Of a stretch of 64,000 nucleotides of DNA, positions 48,319 to 57,135 are shown piece after piece. The translations under genes were made by a program, and so were the position numbers. Source of the DNA: Thiobacillaceae bacterium (GTDB lineage Bacteria > Pseudomonadota > Gammaproteobacteria > Burkholderiales > Thiobacillaceae); NCBI GenBank assembly GCA_031366105.1, contig JANLZE010000116.1, positions 43,928 to 107,927 on the forward strand. Direction: 5' to 3'. The stretch's first letter is position 1. Each line of letters starts with the position of its first letter. The notes below the pieces were generated by a model. That model worked only from the letters and a program-made list of their open reading frames with translations. It was not told where the DNA came from and made no database searches.

Positions 48319-49647
48319 TTATGTTTCTGGCGCCTTTGGCGACAGCGGGATCTCCAGTGTCGCAGTTAAGCCGCCGCCGGGCCTCGCCAATAGCGCAATC
48401 TGCCAATAGTGCACTCGGCAAATTTCCTTCACGATGGCAAGGCCAAGTCCGCTGCCGCCCGTGGCCGGATTGCGCGAAGCTTCGAGCCGTACGAAGGGCA
48501 AAAAAACGCGCTCGCGTTCCGCTTCAGCAATGCCGGGACCCCGATCATGAATCTCAATGACAGCGCTGTTAGCGCGCGAAGATAACACCACCTCGATGAT
48601 GCCCGCGTGACTGTAGCGCTGTGCATTTTCGATCAGATTCCGTATCACACGTTGCAGCGCAGATAAATTGCAGATTGCGTGCAACTGTTTGCCGGTGAAA
48701 TATACGGGCGAAGCGTTGACAGATAATTCTCGACACACCTGCGTCACTATTGCAGATAACTCCAATGAGGTGTCGGCGTCGGTAACCACGCCGCGGCTGA
48801 AATCCAGGAATTCAGCAATCAAATTTTCCATCTGCGCGAGATAACGCCCCAGGTCGTTGAGCGTGGCGGCATCGGGCATCGTTTCCGCCAGTTCCAACGC
48901 GATTTTTGCGCGCGTCAGCGGCGAGCGTAGATCGTGCGAAATACCCGCCAACAGCGTCGTGTGGTTTTGTAACAAGGCCTGAATGCGCGTCGCCATATGA
49001 TTGAAGCTACGCACCAGCTCGTCGAGTTCTTCTACACCTGCATGCGCATCGAGTTGCAACGCATGGCCCTGTCCCACCCGCGACGCCGCGCGCCCCAGAT
49101 CACGTAAATGCCCGGTTATCGTATAAGCAATGCTGACCGCAGCGCCAAAGCTGAGTAACACGGTAAGCCCAAACATCAGCCCTAGGGCCAAGACCGGGTC
49201 GGTGCCAATCCGGCTATGCGGAAAACTGAATCTGATCACGCGTTCAGCGGCGGGAATATCCACACAATAACGGTCCCCCTTTTTAAACACTTGGATGGGC
49301 TGCTCCAGCCTTTTTGTCAATGCATCCTGCAATAACTTTGCAAAGGGTAGCTGAGAAGCTACCGTCGTTTTTTCCGTATTGACGATGTGCATATCGAAGT
49401 GATAACGCGCGACGATTTGGGCGCGTATGCGTTCATATTGCTCGGGCGGGGCGGTCGCTACGGTGTGAGCCGATAACTCGATCAACGAAGCCATGTCTTC
49501 AGCAGAGCTGCGGACCAGCGGCCACACAATCAGGTTGGCGGTAATGTAATAGCCAATTATCTGGAACAGCAGCATGAAACTCAGGATCGCAAACACACTG
49601 CGCCCAAATAGTGAACGCCGGGTGAGCCGGGGCCAATTCACCCGCAT
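48319..49647 (-). CDS. Sensor histidine kinase (EnvZ-like, HAMP)
   Basis: Two TM, HAMP, H-box ISHDLRSPL, N-box NLIENA and G boxes DRGPG and GSGLGL. Confidence 0.93.
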   Translation of the reverse strand: MRVNWPRLTRRSLFGRSVFAILSFMLLFQIIGYYITANLIVWPLVRSSAEDMASLIELSAHTVATAPPEQYERIRAQIVARYHFDMHIVNTEKTTVASQLPFAKLLQDALTKRLEQPIQVFKKGDRYCVDIPAAERVIRFSFPHSRIGTDPVLALGLMFGLTVLLSFGAAVSIAYTITGHLRDLGRAASRVGQGHALQLDAHAGVEELDELVRSFNHMATRIQALLQNHTTLLAGISHDLRSPLTRAKIALELAETMPDAATLNDLGRYLAQMENLIAEFLDFSRGVVTDADTSLELSAIVTQVCRELSVNASPVYFTGKQLHAICNLSALQRVIRNLIENAQRYSHAGIIEVVLSSRANSAVIEIHDRGPGIAEAERERVFLPFVRLEASRNPATGGSGLGLAIVKEICRVHYWQIALLARPGGGLTATLEIPLSPKAPET

Positions 49648-50333
49648 CCTTCGGGCGAGAATAAATACCCTGATCCGCGTACGGTGCGAATGAAACAGGG
49701 CTCCTCCGGATGTTCTTCGATTTTGCGACGCAAACGCGTAATGCGCACATCAATCGAACGATCATAAGGCAGTCGCCCGTCGTCACCTGCCAATGCCACC
49801 AGCTCCTCACGCGACAATACCTGCCGGGGGTGTTCACAAAAAACTTTCAACAACAAGCGGTCACCCGACGTGATGCGCACGGGTTCGCCTTGCCAGGTGA
49901 GAGTATGGTTGGCCGCATCAAAGTGATAGTCGCCAAAAACGTGGGATGACGTTGGAGCAGGCGGTCGAGTTTTTTCGTATCGACGCAATACAGCCTGAAT
50001 GCGTGCCAGCAATTCATGCGCACTAAAGGGCTTGGGCAAATAATCGTCTGCGCCTAAATCGAGTCCAGCGATACGGTCAGCTTCTTCGCCGCGCGCGGAC
50101 AAAATAATGACGGGATAGTGAGACGCGATGCGACGGGTAATCGAGAGCCCATCTTCACCTGGCAGCATTAAATCCAGCACGATCAAGTCAAAGTGTTGCT
50201 CGGCGAGCAGGCGATCCATCGTGACGCCACAATCGGCGTTTGCCGCTTCCATACCCTTTTGGCGCAAATAGCGCACAAGCATTGCCGCCAACTCCTGGTC
50301 GTCATCTACTACGAGGATGCAAGTCTTGTTCAT
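49638..50333 (-). CDS. OmpR-family response regulator
   Basis: VVDDD, LDLMLPGEDG, GADDY..KPF and wHTH RSIDVRI.RLRRK. Confidence 0.95.
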   Translation of the reverse strand: MNKTCILVVDDDQELAAMLVRYLRQKGMEAANADCGVTMDRLLAEQHFDLIVLDLMLPGEDGLSITRRIASHYPVIILSARGEEADRIAGLDLGADDYLPKPFSAHELLARIQAVLRRYEKTRPPAPTSSHVFGDYHFDAANHTLTWQGEPVRITSGDRLLLKVFCEHPRQVLSREELVALAGDDGRLPYDRSIDVRITRLRRKIEEHPEEPCFIRTVRGSGYLFSPEGCG

Positions 50334-50425
50334 CGTGTAAATCTATCATGGTGGCGGCACAACGGCGAGGCTAGGCTACCCTGCAAAGGTATGATAATGA
50401 CGCATTCAATAGAAGGAATACTTCT

Positions 50426-51739
50426 GTGTCGGGCAACGCAATACATCAAATAGTTATCGTGGGCGGCGGCGCAGGCGGGCTGGAATTGGCTACACGTTTG
50501 GGCGACACCCTAGGGCGAAGCGCTCGGGCTAAAATCACATTGATCGATGTGTCGCCTTCGCATCTGTGGAAGCCGCTGCTCTATGAAGTGGCCGCGGGCA
50601 GCCTCGATTCGTACGCCGAACGTCTAGAGTATCTGGCACAGGGGCACTGGCATCATTTTGACTTTCGCCTTGGCCGCATGGATGGGCTGGATCGCAGTCA
50701 ACAAACGATTAGCGTTGCGCCGACGCTGGATGAGAGCGGCGCTGAAATTATTCCGCGCCGCAGCTTTCGGTATGACACGCTGATTTTGGCGCTGGGTTCC
50801 TGCGGCAATGACTTTAATGTACCCGGCGTGCGTGAGCATTGCATCATGCTGGATACGCCGGGGCAGGCACGCCAGTTTCATCGTCGTCATATCAATGCGT
50901 GCTTACGTGCGAATACGCAGACGACGCCTATTACCCCAGGGCAACTCACCGTGGGCATCGTGGGCGCAGGCGCGACCGGCGTAGAACTTGCAGCTGAATT
51001 GCACGACACAACGCGCGAATTGTCGACGTATGGCCTCGAGAAAATCGACCCCGATAAGAATTTGCATCTATTGCTGGTCGAATCTGCGGACCGCATTCTA
51101 GCGGGGTTGCCATCGCGCTTATCGTCAGCCGCAGCCGAACGATTGCACGAACTGGGCGTGCAAATTCATACTGGCGAACGCGTGGTCGAAGTCCGAAAAG
51201 ATGGCATGCTCACCCAGAGTGGCAAGTTTTTTCCAGCCAGCATGATGGTGTGGTCAGCGGGCATCAAGGCACCCGATTTTTTGGCTACGCTGGGTTTGGA
51301 AACCAATCGCATTAATCAACTGGTAGTACGGGCCACGCTGCAAACGAGTGATGACAATATCTTTGCGTTCGGCGATTGCGCCGAATGTCGGCTGCCGGAT
51401 GGCAAAGGCGTTGTTCCACCCCGTGCGCAAGCCGCGCACCAACAAGCTTCGATGTTGGCCAAATCGATACGCCATCGCTTGCGCGGGAAGCCTTTGCCGA
51501 ACTATGTTTATCGTGATTATGGCTCGCTGGTTGCGCTGGGTCGCTTTAGTACTGTGGGTAATTTAATGGGCGGGCTGACTGGCGGCAGCTTGATGATCGA
51601 AGGCCAGCTCGCCCGGTTTGTGTACTGGTCGCTACGCAAAATGCACGAAATCGCGTTGAACGGCTACCTCAAAACCCTCCTCGCAACCTTGGCCTCACTG
51701 ATTAATTCCCCCAATAAGGTGACGATCAAGTTGCATTGA
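50426..51739 (+). CDS. ndh: Type II NADH:quinone oxidoreductase
   Basis: GGGAGG, HLWKPLLYEVAAG, GAGATGVELAAE, FAFGDCA, PPRAQAAHQ and Y.DYGSLV motifs. Confidence 0.93.
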   Translation: MSGNAIHQIVIVGGGAGGLELATRLGDTLGRSARAKITLIDVSPSHLWKPLLYEVAAGSLDSYAERLEYLAQGHWHHFDFRLGRMDGLDRSQQTISVAPTLDESGAEIIPRRSFRYDTLILALGSCGNDFNVPGVREHCIMLDTPGQARQFHRRHINACLRANTQTTPITPGQLTVGIVGAGATGVELAAELHDTTRELSTYGLEKIDPDKNLHLLLVESADRILAGLPSRLSSAAAERLHELGVQIHTGERVVEVRKDGMLTQSGKFFPASMMVWSAGIKAPDFLATLGLETNRINQLVVRATLQTSDDNIFAFGDCAECRLPDGKGVVPPRAQAAHQQASMLAKSIRHRLRGKPLPNYVYRDYGSLVALGRFSTVGNLMGGLTGGSLMIEGQLARFVYWSLRKMHEIALNGYLKTLLATLASLINSPNKVTIKLH

Positions 51740-51756
51740 TTGGGCACGCAATCACA

Positions 51757-52749
51757 TCAGGGCGAATTCCAAAGCCACGCCGCGCCTCGCACTCCGCTCG
51801 CGTCACCAAATTTGGGTGCAACCAGCCGGGTGCCGATGTGGTCAGAAAATACATACCGTGGCCACAGGCGTGGCACCGTGTCATACAGCCGGGCGATATT
51901 CGACAGGCCACCGCCGAGTACGATTACATCCGGGTCTAACAGGTTAATCACGCCGGCCAACGCGCGCGCAAGCCGTTCTTCATAACGAGCCAGGGTCTTG
52001 CTGCACGCGCCGTCTTCAGAGGTGGCGCGTTGCGCGATTTCGGGAGCGGGCAGTTCTTCTCCGCCGTAGCGAATATGGTCGGCCACGAGGGCTGCACCCG
52101 AGAGCCAGGTTTCGATACAGCCTTTTTTGCCGCAATAGCACGTGGCGCCATGGACCTCACGTTCGTTAGGCCACGGGTGAATGAGGGCTTCGCCGGTTGC
52201 AGGGTGTGCGCTGGTGGGCTCATGGTCCGCCTGGCTGTGCGCGAACTGAAAGTACGGCAGCGGCGAATGTCCCCATTCACCCGCAATCGCGTTGGCGCCG
52301 GTTAACACTTGGCCGCGTACGACGACGCCGCCTCCGACCCCGGTGCCGATAATGACACCGAACACGACTTGTGCTCCCGCAGCTGCACCATCGGTGGCCT
52401 CGGACAGCGCAAAGCAGTTCGCGTCGTTGGCCATACGGATATCACGATTAAGCGCGCGCTCGAGATCAAGTTGCAACGGCTGACCATTTAGGCAAGTGGA
52501 GTTGCAATTTTTCATCAGCCCCGTGGCTGGCGAAATAGCACCCGGCGTGCCGATGCCGACGGTGCCGGTCTGGCCGAGCGTGGCTTCTGCCGTAAGCACC
52601 AATTCGGTGAGCTTGGCGACAGTGGCGGCGTAGTCGTTTTGCGGCGTGGCGATTCGACGGCTCAACAGCGTTTGCCCGCTTGCATCGAGCGCGATCAATT
52701 CGATTTTTGTACCGCCGAGGTCGATGCCCAAGCGAAGAGAGGTCTTCAC
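51757..52749 (-). CDS. mak: ROK-family sugar kinase (fructokinase Mak-like)
   Basis: GIDLGGTK, NDANC, GTGVGGG, GEWGH, CYCG..GCIE and GDASGVRGAA motifs. Confidence 0.88.
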   Translation of the reverse strand: MKTSLRLGIDLGGTKIELIALDASGQTLLSRRIATPQNDYAATVAKLTELVLTAEATLGQTGTVGIGTPGAISPATGLMKNCNSTCLNGQPLQLDLERALNRDIRMANDANCFALSEATDGAAAGAQVVFGVIIGTGVGGGVVVRGQVLTGANAIAGEWGHSPLPYFQFAHSQADHEPTSAHPATGEALIHPWPNEREVHGATCYCGKKGCIETWLSGAALVADHIRYGGEELPAPEIAQRATSEDGACSKTLARYEERLARALAGVINLLDPDVIVLGGGLSNIARLYDTVPRLWPRYVFSDHIGTRLVAPKFGDASGVRGAAWLWNSP

Positions 52750-52789
52750 AGTGTTAATATTTCCTGATTATTTCTAGTCGGATCAAGTC

Positions 52790-53521
52790 ATGGCAGGACA
52801 TTCAAAGTGGGCCAACATTCAGCACCGCAAGGGCCGTCAGGATGCCAAGCGCGGCAAGTCGTTCACCAAGCTTATCAAGGAAGTGACGGTTGCCGCCAGA
52901 ACCGGCGGCGGCGACTTGAACTTTAACCCGCGTTTGCGGCTGGCAATCGAAAAAGCCAAGGCCGAAAACATGCCGGGCGACAATATTGACCGCGCGGTAA
53001 AGCGCGGCACCGGCGAGCTCGAAGGGGTGAATTACGAAGAAGTGCGCTATGAGGGTTATGGTATCGGCGGCGTAGCGGTGATGGTCGATTGCCTAACCGA
53101 CAATAAAACTCGCACCGTCGCCGATGTGCGTCACGCCTTTACCAAGTATGGCGGCAACATGGGCACCGACGGCTGCGTCGCGTTCCAATTTAAACACTGC
53201 GGCCAGATCGTGCTGGCACCGGGTGCGAATGAAGGCGCGGTGATGGAAGCCGCGCTCGACGCGGGTGCCGAGGATGTGATCAGCGATGAGGACGGCTCGA
53301 TAGAAATCCTGACTGCACCCGACCCCAAAGAATTTGCGGCCGTTAAAGAAGCGCTGGAGAAAGCCGGGTTCAAACCCGTGCTTGCCGAAATCATCATGAA
53401 GCCGGAAGTGGAGGCCGAACTCGATGGCGACGATGCGGTGAAAATGCAAAAAATTCTCGATGCGCTGGACGCGTTGGACGACGTGCAAGAGGTTTATACC
53501 AACGCGGTGATGCCGGAATAG
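52790..53521 (+). CDS. yebC: YebC/PmpR-family protein
   Basis: [14 protein letters not shown] and YEGYG.GG motifs. Confidence 0.97.
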   Translation: MAGHSKWANIQHRKGRQDAKRGKSFTKLIKEVTVAARTGGGDLNFNPRLRLAIEKAKAENMPGDNIDRAVKRGTGELEGVNYEEVRYEGYGIGGVAVMVDCLTDNKTRTVADVRHAFTKYGGNMGTDGCVAFQFKHCGQIVLAPGANEGAVMEAALDAGAEDVISDEDGSIEILTAPDPKEFAAVKEALEKAGFKPVLAEIIMKPEVEAELDGDDAVKMQKILDALDALDDVQEVYTNAVMPE

Positions 53522-53524
53522 TTG

Positions 53525-53569
53525 TGACGGTTGTCATGTCCTGATAGAGTGGTCATAATTAAATGACCA
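53525..53569 (+). promoter_or_regulatory. TA promoter with overlapping operator palindromes
   Basis: TTGTCA(53531)-17 nt-CATAAT(53554). Inverted repeats TGGTCAT-N6-ATGACCA (53550-53569) and TGAC-N4-GTCA (53525-53536). Confidence 0.7.
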
Positions 53570-53581
53570 TATGGAGCCACC

Positions 53582-53806
53582 ATGGACGTTCCTGCAACCG
53601 AATTCAAAGCCAAATGCCTGTCCTACCTTGATCAAGTCGCGCAAACACGCGCCAGCATCACGCTGACCAAACACGGCCGAGCTGTTGCGCGACTAGTGCC
53701 TATAAACGATGCCGACCCAGCCGTGTTTGGCCGTTTGGCGGGCACGATACAAATACAAGGGGACATCGTAGGCTCGCTGGCGGAACGCTGGGACGCCGAT
53801 GCCTGA
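53582..53806 (+). CDS. Phd/YefM-family antitoxin
   Basis: ATEFKAKC..YLD.V......ITKHGR.VARLVP motif. Confidence 0.92.
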   Translation: MDVPATEFKAKCLSYLDQVAQTRASITLTKHGRAVARLVPINDADPAVFGRLAGTIQIQGDIVGSLAERWDADA

Positions 53807-54227
53807 CAAGGCTGATAATGGGCTGTTGCTCGATACGCATGTCTGGTTGTGGCTCGAAGCCGAACCCGGGCGTCTGAATAAATCCGCGTATTCCCGTATT
53901 GAACGCAATGCACGGTCAGGTGAGTTGTGGGTGTCGGTCATGTCGGTATGGGAAATCGGCATGCTGGTAGCAAAGGATCGTATTCGTTTGACGATGCCTG
54001 TGGACGAATGGGTGCGTCAGGCCTGTGCCACGCCGGGTCTGCAAATGCTCGGCGTTACCCCTGAAATCGCGCTGGAGTCGACGCGCCTACCTGAGCCCCC
54101 GCACGGCGATCCAGTTGACCGTATGCTGATCGCCAGCGCGCGCCAACATAACCTCATGCTGGTGACGGCCGATGAAAAAATCCTGGTCTATGCCAAGCTT
54201 GGGCACCTGAAAGCGCAGCCAGCGTGA
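53799..54227 (+). CDS. vapC: PIN-domain (VapC-like) toxin
   Basis: [15 protein letters not shown] and H.DP.DRMLIA motifs. Overlaps the antitoxin stop. Confidence 0.92.
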   Translation: MPDKADNGLLLDTHVWLWLEAEPGRLNKSAYSRIERNARSGELWVSVMSVWEIGMLVAKDRIRLTMPVDEWVRQACATPGLQMLGVTPEIALESTRLPEPPHGDPVDRMLIASARQHNLMLVTADEKILVYAKLGHLKAQPA

Positions 54228-54748
54228 ACGCCCATCGCATCCTCGGCATCGACCCCGGCCTGCGCACCACTGGCTTTGGCATTATCGAGCAAAGCGGACA
54301 AACGCTCGCCTATATCGCCAGCGGCATTGTCAAAAGTGGCGACGGAGAATTGCCTCTGCGGCTGGGTGTGCTGTTTGCGGGCTTGAACGAAGTCATCGCC
54401 ACGTATCAGCCCGACACTTGCGCGGTCGAGATCGTGTTCGTCAACGTTAATCCGCAGTCCACACTGCTGCTCGGACAGGCGCGCGGTGCGGTGATCTGTG
54501 CAGCGGTTTCGAGCCACATTCCCGTCGCGGAATACACCGCGCTGCAAATCAAACAGGCGGTCGTCGGTCACGGCAAAGCCGCCAAAGAACAGGTACAGCA
54601 AATGGTCAAACGTTTATTAAACCTACCAGTCGCGCCTACTGCCGACGCGGCCGATGCGCTCGCGTGTGCGATTACGCACGCGCATGGTAGCCGCCTCGGC
54701 GCGCACTCCACAGCAGGGTATCGGGTCAAGGGCGGTCGCCTGGTATGA
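54224..54748 (+). CDS. ruvC: Holliday junction resolvase RuvC
   Basis: [29 protein letters not shown] and DAADALA motifs. GTGA overlap with vapC. Confidence 0.97.
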   Translation: MNAHRILGIDPGLRTTGFGIIEQSGQTLAYIASGIVKSGDGELPLRLGVLFAGLNEVIATYQPDTCAVEIVFVNVNPQSTLLLGQARGAVICAAVSSHIPVAEYTALQIKQAVVGHGKAAKEQVQQMVKRLLNLPVAPTADAADALACAITHAHGSRLGAHSTAGYRVKGGRLV

Positions 54749-54836
54749 GCGCGCCAAACAACTGGATAGTCCGCGCTATTTTGGGTGGATTCCCGCGATG
54801 ATCGGGGGAGCCATTTTGATTGGAATCGCTCCATGA
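54745..54836 (+). other. Two ATGA-chained mini-ORFs (18 aa and 12 aa) linking the ruvC stop to the ruvA start
   Basis: [18 protein letters not shown] at 54745-54801 and [12 protein letters not shown] at 54798-54836. Confidence 0.3.
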
Positions 54837-55411
54837 TCGGGCGAATCGCTGGCATCCTCGCTGCCAAACAGCCACCGCAAGTGCTGGTCGACGTCGGCGG
54901 CGTCGGCTACGAAATCGACGTGCCGATGAGCACCTTCTACAACCTACCCGCAATCGGCGAAAAGATCAGCCTGCTCACGCACCTAGCAATCCGCGAAGAC
55001 GCGCATCTGCTCTACGGCTTTGGCTCAGACATCGAGCGCACCGCGTTTCGCGAGCTGCTCAAGGTCTCCGGCATCGGCGCTAAAACCGCACTGTCGGTAC
55101 TGTCGGGCTTGTCGGTAAACGATCTATCGGTCGCGATCGCTTCGCAAGAAATCGGCCGCATCATCAAAGTCCCCGGCATCGGCAAAAAAACCGCCGAGCG
55201 GTTGCTGCTCGAACTCAAAGGCCGCCCGGTATTTGCAGGCGCGATAGCAGATGTGAGCGGACCCGCAAGTGTGTCGGATGACGTGCGGCAGGCCTTGCTG
55301 GCTTTGGGGTACAACGAGCGCGAGACAACTGAGACGATGCGACGACTGCCTGCGGATTTGCCGGTGTCGGATGCGATTCGGCAGGCGTTGAAGTTGCTGG
55401 GGAAAGCCTAA
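54833..55411 (+). CDS. ruvA: Holliday junction branch migration protein RuvA
   Basis: MIGRI.G, GVGYE, LYGF, VSGIG.KTA and [14 protein letters not shown] motifs. Confidence 0.97.
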   Translation: MIGRIAGILAAKQPPQVLVDVGGVGYEIDVPMSTFYNLPAIGEKISLLTHLAIREDAHLLYGFGSDIERTAFRELLKVSGIGAKTALSVLSGLSVNDLSVAIASQEIGRIIKVPGIGKKTAERLLLELKGRPVFAGAIADVSGPASVSDDVRQALLALGYNERETTETMRRLPADLPVSDAIRQALKLLGKA

Positions 55412-55487
55412 GAACCCAATCTGTTTACCGTGGGTAGCCGGTTAGACTAGGGCCCTCAGAAATGTCTATTGCAGCGGGTGATATTCA

Positions 55488-56741
55488 TCATGCATCATCA
55501 GACCAGCGCAAATAAAAAAGGAGATATGGGTCTCGGATATCGAAGACATCATTATTCGAATCCCACTCGACAATCTTCTCACCAACGGCGTAATTTACAA
55601 TTGACGCTGTTTGATAACAGGCACTCGTGATGCTTGAACCGCTTGGCGGATCACCGATACAAATGGTTAAGATACGGTCGAGCAGGGCTTGATACCGAAA
55701 AGTTAGCTGAGGAGGATCGAGAGACAGAGACTTTACGAGCAGTCTGTAAACATCACCCTGCCATCCCGCCGTTGTTGTATGTATTTTTCTGTCAGAGCCT
55801 CTAGTCTTTGGCCCCTCCTTCATCTTCTCTACGACCGATCCATAATCTGCAGATAGGGCTGTTTGCCTACAGATTTTTTCTAGTAAAGATTGGTTATCAA
55901 AGAAATCGATAGGGTCTGTTGGTCGTTCGCGGATGTCTAATGCATAACAGGCATTTAAACAAAGATACTGCATCAATTGAGGAGAGCCAGCAGCCTCGGT
56001 AGCCAGCCTTTTTATCATTAGCGCGCGATGAACAATGTTTAGCTCATAAAACCCCTTGTAGGCTATTTTTTCAAGGACGTCTGATTTCCAGTAGTCAAAA
56101 TCGATTGAAAGAACTCGACCCCTGAGATCAGGATTTCCTCTTAGGACATCATCAGAGTGATATGGAACGGATGCGCAAATAAATTTCACACCATTCCTAA
56201 TTGCTTCCTTTATGTGTTGCGCTACCTCTCTCTGAACTTCGCGTGGGACGTAGTGAAAGTCATCAATGAATATCACAAAGTCGCTTTGACTGAGTTCCTT
56301 GATGAGCAGTTGCAGGTGGTCAATCGCTTGGCCTTCTGTTCCACTCGATTGAGTAATATATGTGCCAGTTCCCGACAGTTCGGCCTTACCTTTTGCAATA
56401 ATTACTCCACCTTCTACACTCCCTTTCGCTGAAATCGAGCCTGCAATTGAAGAACCTAATGTTTCGGTTTTTGAAATTGGCGTGCCGATAATGTCGAACA
56501 CTCTCATCCAAAGATCGGCGGCGGATTTTGCACCTGCACCAGTTATCTGAATCAGGTTCTGCTTGCCAAGACATTGTTCGACAAATACAGTCTTTCCAGA
56601 CTTTGAGGGGCCAGAAATCGAAATAAGCATAGAGCCAGCATCAAGAGTGTCTTCCAGCAGCTTCTTTTTTTCCGTCAAGTGATCTTCAACAAAGGTCACT
56701 GTTGGGAATCGACCAGGTGTAAATACATCTTTTGCTTTCAT
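55488..56741 (-). CDS. Stand-alone P-loop ATPase (STAND/AAA-like, AT-rich)
   Basis: N-terminal FTPG..P, Walker A GPSKSGKT, Walker B IFIDDFH, sensor-like GSPQLMQ and C-terminal DPYLLFYLRW. Confidence 0.8.
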   Translation of the reverse strand: MKAKDVFTPGRFPTVTFVEDHLTEKKKLLEDTLDAGSMLISISGPSKSGKTVFVEQCLGKQNLIQITGAGAKSAADLWMRVFDIIGTPISKTETLGSSIAGSISAKGSVEGGVIIAKGKAELSGTGTYITQSSGTEGQAIDHLQLLIKELSQSDFVIFIDDFHYVPREVQREVAQHIKEAIRNGVKFICASVPYHSDDVLRGNPDLRGRVLSIDFDYWKSDVLEKIAYKGFYELNIVHRALMIKRLATEAAGSPQLMQYLCLNACYALDIRERPTDPIDFFDNQSLLEKICRQTALSADYGSVVEKMKEGPKTRGSDRKIHTTTAGWQGDVYRLLVKSLSLDPPQLTFRYQALLDRILTICIGDPPSGSSITSACYQTASIVNYAVGEKIVEWDSNNDVFDIRDPYLLFYLRWSDDA

Positions 56742-56888
56742 GATTAACCTACTCATCGAATCAACAAAATCAAAGGCTTTGACTCTTGCCATATCCCGCG
56801 CAATCGTTTCTGGGCCGGATGTGTGAAGCCTAAATAGTAATCGCAAACGTTCCGTTACCACCGCCCTGCTTTTGGCCTCCACCTTCCA

Positions 56889-57101
56889 GCCCCGCCGAAG
56901 TCTGAGTCTGCCGAGCGGATCAGTGGCGAAGGTGTTTGAGGCCTGCTCTCCTTAAACATCAATAAAAGCAGGCCGAGTTCTTCGCCGCCCGCCCGGCGGA
57001 TTCAGACTTCGGGAATTCGGGGATGTAGGGTCGCCTTTTCTTTGGTTACTTTTCTTTTGGCGAAGCAAAAAGAAAGTAACTTGCCGCCGGGCAACCCCCG
57101 G
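56889..57101. repeat. About 210-nt multi-hairpin palindromic element (REP/MITE-like)
   Basis: Nested inverted repeats CCGAAGTCTGA/TCAGACTTCGG, GGCGAAG/CTTCGCC and GGCCTGCT/AGCAGGCC. Second hairpin at 57045-57080 capped by GCGAAGC. Third hairpin at 57087-57101. Confidence 0.75.
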
Positions 57102-57135
57102 CCAACGATCCGTAATATTCCTGGGCCGACAAAAA

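Noticed and set aside
55488-56882. Idea that the ATPase after ruvA is a divergent RuvB
   Set aside because: Opposite strand, lacks RuvB motifs (GPPGLGKT, FIDEIHR), and its composition looks foreign.
56742-56882. 47-aa N-terminal extension of the ATPase in the ORF track
   Set aside because: It runs up to the palindromic element and precedes the FTPG..P motif that typically opens such ATPases. The ATG at 56741 was preferred.
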